Assembly (NCBI GenBank): GCA_965223795.1
Contig: CBDCXL010000001.1
Location: forward strand, 192,001 to 256,000
Source of the DNA: Nitrospinales bacterium
Lineage (GTDB): Bacteria; Nitrospinota; Nitrospinia; Nitrospinales; VA-1
Direction of reading: 5' to 3'
Length of the DNA: 64,000 nt
The notes below the pieces were generated by a model. The model had not been told where the DNA came from and did no database searches. It was given only the letters and a program-made list of their open reading frames with translations. Position numbers and translations under genes: made by a program. Position 1 is the stretch's first letter. Every line of letters begins with the position of its first letter. Of the stretch, positions 61,670 through 64,000 are shown piece after piece.

Positions 61670-62266
61670 CTACCCTCCCTCATCTTCTTTCCCCGGTTCC
61701 CAGAGGAATTCGGTTTCTCCCAGCTTCACGGCGCTCCAGCGGCTGAACACGAACAGCGCGTCGGACAGGCGGTTGATGTAGGCGATCAGCAGCGGGTCCA
61801 CGGGTTCTTCGCGGTTCAGCGTCACGATCCGGCGCTCGGCGCGGCGGCACACGGTGCGCGCCTGGTGCAGAAACGCCAGCACGGTGCTGCCTCCGGGCAG
61901 GGTGAAGCTGTTGAGCGGTTTCAGCTCGGCGTTCATCGAGTCGATGATGCCTTCCAGCCAGGTCACGTTGGCCTCGCTGATGTATTTTCGCTCGGGGCGT
62001 TCGACGCCGGGCGGCGTCGCCAGCAGGCTGCCGATGTCGAACAGGCGGTTCTGGATGTTCTTGAGGATGCGCTCCAGCCGGTCGCGCTCTTCGGAGGGCG
62101 GTTTCTGCTGGTTGAAGCAGCGCACCAGGCCGAGGATGCTGTTGAGCTCGTCGGTGGTGCCGTAGGCTTCCACCCGTGCGTGGTCTTTGGCGATGCGGAC
62201 GCCTTTGACGAGGGAGGTTTCGCCCTGATCGCCTTTTTTGGTGTAGACCTTGTTGATTCGGACCAT
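61670..62266 (-). CDS. Cob(I)alamin adenosyltransferase (PduO type)
   Basis: VYTKKGDQGET, EAYGTTDELN, FTLPGG, ARTVCRRAER, YINRLSD. Confidence 0.95.
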   Translation of the reverse strand: MVRINKVYTKKGDQGETSLVKGVRIAKDHARVEAYGTTDELNSILGLVRCFNQQKPPSEERDRLERILKNIQNRLFDIGSLLATPPGVERPERKYISEANVTWLEGIIDSMNAELKPLNSFTLPGGSTVLAFLHQARTVCRRAERRIVTLNREEPVDPLLIAYINRLSDALFVFSRWSAVKLGETEFLWEPGKEDEGG

Positions 62267-62364
62267 GTTCAAACCTCTTTCAGAGGAGGAAAATTCAAGT
62301 CACCAGACAGGATAGCAGGATTGGAAATACGGAAGGATTTTTTTAACCCCCCTCACCCCACCCT

Positions 62365-62425
62365 CAAGCCACCTTCAGTTTTTTTATAAGCGGGTGTCGA
62401 GCTATGCTCGGCCAAGCCACCTTCA
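62365..62425 (+). repeat. One full and one partial copy of the 47/48-bp array unit
   Basis: CAAGCCACCTTCAG-T7-ATAAGCGGGTGTCGAGCTATGCTCGGC-CAAGCCACCTTCA. Confidence 0.92.
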
Positions 62426-62453
62426 ATATTATAAAAATTTGACAGGACTCACC

Positions 62454-62474
62454 CTTCGACAGGCTCAGGGTGAC
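62454..62474 (+). repeat. REP-like arm
   Basis: CTTCGACAGGCTCAGGGTGAC, the same family as 27738 and 29877. Confidence 0.8.
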
Positions 62475-62598
62475 TCAGGAGCCGCTTCACCCGCCAGCGG
62501 AGCGGCAGTATCGCGAATTCCGATATCCGAATAATATCCGTCCTTGATAATAATTGAAATGGATTTATAGTGATGGCAACTTTATCAGGGGGGAAGCG

Positions 62599-63129
62599 AT
62601 GAAAAGGTTCACTCTTGCCGCCGGGTTGATTTTCTTATTCACATTCAGTGCGGCAGCTTTGTGCCATGCGGAACATGAGACGGCATCGAGCGCAGTTCCA
62701 AACCCGGACAGCGTTCCGGAGTATGAAACCCACGATACCTCGCCCGGCGCATCGCAAAGCCAGGACGACAATACGTTTTACAGCATCGGCGCCTCGGGTT
62801 CATCCGATCATTCCGGTGACACCACGTTCCATGAATTCGGCGATGGAACCACCGGCATCTCCAGGGACATGGGCGACAACACGTTTCATGTTTTCAGCGA
62901 CGGGACATCCGGCACAACCCATCATTCGGGCGGCACTTCCATTCACCAGTCGAGCGACGGGACGTCGGGCACGTCGAAAAACATGGGCAGCTTCACGATT
63001 CATAATTTCAACGACGGCACGACCGGCATCTCCAAGAGCATCGGCGGCATCACGCTGCATAATTTCAGCGATGGAAAGAACTGCACCACTAGCTCTGTAG
63101 GAGGAAACACCATCACGAACTGCAATTGA
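62599..63129 (+). CDS. Secreted protein with 19-aa G/T/S/H-rich repeats
   Basis: Signal peptide, five G..T.H...DG repeats and a C-terminal Cys pair. Confidence 0.8.
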   Translation: MKRFTLAAGLIFLFTFSAAALCHAEHETASSAVPNPDSVPEYETHDTSPGASQSQDDNTFYSIGASGSSDHSGDTTFHEFGDGTTGISRDMGDNTFHVFSDGTSGTTHHSGGTSIHQSSDGTSGTSKNMGSFTIHNFNDGTTGISKSIGGITLHNFSDGKNCTTSSVGGNTITNCN

Positions 63130-63212
63130 ATTTTACAGATACCGGGATCACGATTTCTTCTTATGGATCACGGAGAGGATCCAGTAATTCTTCTCTCCCC
63201 CTCACCCACCCT

Positions 63213-63449
63213 CAAGCCACCTTCAGTTTTTTATAAGCGGGTGTCGAGCTATGCTCGGCCAAGCCACCTTCAGTTTTTTATAAGCGGGTGTCGAGCTATG
63301 CTCGGCCAAGCCACCTTCAGTTTTTTATAAGCGGGTGTCGAGCTATGCTCGGCCAAGCCACCTTCAGTTTTTTTATAAGCGGGTGTCGAGCTATACTCGG
63401 CCAAGCCACCTTCAGTTTTTTTATAAGCGGGTGTCGGGCTTTGCTTGAC
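63213..63449 (+). repeat. Tandem array of five 47-48-bp units
   Basis: Units start at 63213, 63260, 63307, 63354 and 63402. T-runs are 6, 6, 6, 7 and 7. There are no spacers. Confidence 0.95.
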
Positions 63450-63711
63450 CTTCCCCCGAAGTGGGGAGAGGGGGTAAAAGTTAAAAGGCTCATTTTTATT
63501 TCTGAGTTCATCCTTCAATGCGGCTTGTCTTGAGCTTCTCGAAGGGCTTAGGGTGACATGAGAACAATCTTGCTACGGTTTTAATCCCCATTTATCCTGT
63601 TCACCCTGTCTCAATGTTTATCTTTGCGGCTTAGCGCGAGGCCGCTTTCCCTGCTCCGCGAGGGGGGCGCAGCAAATCCTTATTTTTTCGAACACAACTC
63701 CTCTTTCCAGC

Positions 63712-63740
63712 TTGACTTTAAGGCCCGCCTGCGTTACTCT
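63712..63740 (+). promoter_or_regulatory. Sigma70-type promoter of pyrR
   Basis: TTGACT, 17-bp spacer, TACTCT. Confidence 0.6.
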
Positions 63741-63755
63741 GTCTAAAGATTATGA

Positions 63756-63791
63756 TTCCTTTAAGGCGGTCCTGTGAGGCTGCCAAGGGAG
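63756..63791 (+). promoter_or_regulatory. PyrR-binding RNA leader (anti-antiterminator)
   Basis: CCTTTAA-GGCGGTCCTGTGAGGCTGCC-AAGG matches the CUUUAA and RUCCNGNGAGGYU PyrR motifs. Directly upstream of pyrR. Confidence 0.88.
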
Positions 63792-63824
63792 AAGCCCGAT
63801 GAGATACTGCAAGGACAGGCACGC

Positions 63825-63864
63825 AACCTCCTGAGCGGAAAGAATCCGCAGGAGGTTTTTTTTT
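63825..63864 (+). terminator. Attenuator terminator of the pyr leader
   Basis: AACCTCCTG...CAGGAGGTT stem followed by a T-tract. Confidence 0.85.
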
Positions 63865-63907
63865 GCCCTGCCCTCTTGCCTCCACGCGCCTCCCGCAAAC
63901 TCGGACC

Positions 63908-64000
63908 ATGACTCTAGTCGCACTCAATGCCACGGGAATATCCCGCGCGGTGAACCGCATCGCCCACGAGATCCTGGAAAAAAATCAGGGCGCCGCCAAT
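63908..64000 (+). CDS. pyrR: PyrR bifunctional regulator/UPRTase (5' part)
   Basis: MTLVALNATGISRAVNRIAHEILEKNQG matches the PyrR N-terminus and follows a PyrR leader. Confidence 0.85.
   Translation, partial: MTLVALNATGISRAVNRIAHEILEKNQGAAN

Larger units (their letters stand above)
62306..63616. mobile_element. Putative non-autonomous cargo-carrying element (expanded, inverted copy of the 61211-61300 element)
   Basis: The left 60 bp and right 26 bp match the reverse complement of 61211-61300. The insertion holds repeats and one gene. No transposase is present. Confidence 0.45.

Noticed and set aside
63213..63449. CRISPR array
   Set aside because: The units are contiguous and near-identical, with no unique spacers, and there are no cas genes in the window.
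63270..63533. Short ORFs across the tandem array
   Set aside because: They are translations of the DNA repeat. The 47/48-bp units and variable T-runs do not keep frame.

Overview
A GC-rich bacterial chromosome segment with about 65 genes, mostly housekeeping: rpiB-glyA-nrdR, ccsA-like-hemA-hemC, nadC, tatA, flgM, a DegP/DegQ-type protease, ubiE/menG, asnB, a split transketolase, TolC/MacA/MacB, TamA/TamB, pabB/pabC-like, bioF-esterase-bioC, a DnaJ-type chaperone, ferredoxin, a PduO-type adenosyltransferase and the start of pyrR with its attenuator. Gene content and style suggest a Nitrospina-like organism, but this is an unverified inference. No rRNA, tRNA, transposase, integrase or CRISPR-cas was seen. 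The window appears to contain the replication terminus: a dif (XerCD) site at 27536-27563, with KOPS octamers switching strand around it and an AT-rich gene remnant cut off exactly at dif. The least explained structure is at 61.2-63.6 kb. A ~90-bp palindromic element occurs once 'empty' (61211-61300) and once inverted and 'filled' (62306-63616). The ~1.2-kb filling holds a 47-bp hairpin tandem array, REP-like arms and a gene for a secreted 19-aa-repeat protein. Other candidates are a DUF429 nuclease-like/GAF/histidine kinase fusion inside the biotin cluster, a divergent IscU-like protein, a candidate structured ncRNA upstream of flgM and three sigma54 promoters. Two frameshifts may be homopolymer sequencing errors. 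All calls were made by eye, without database searches.
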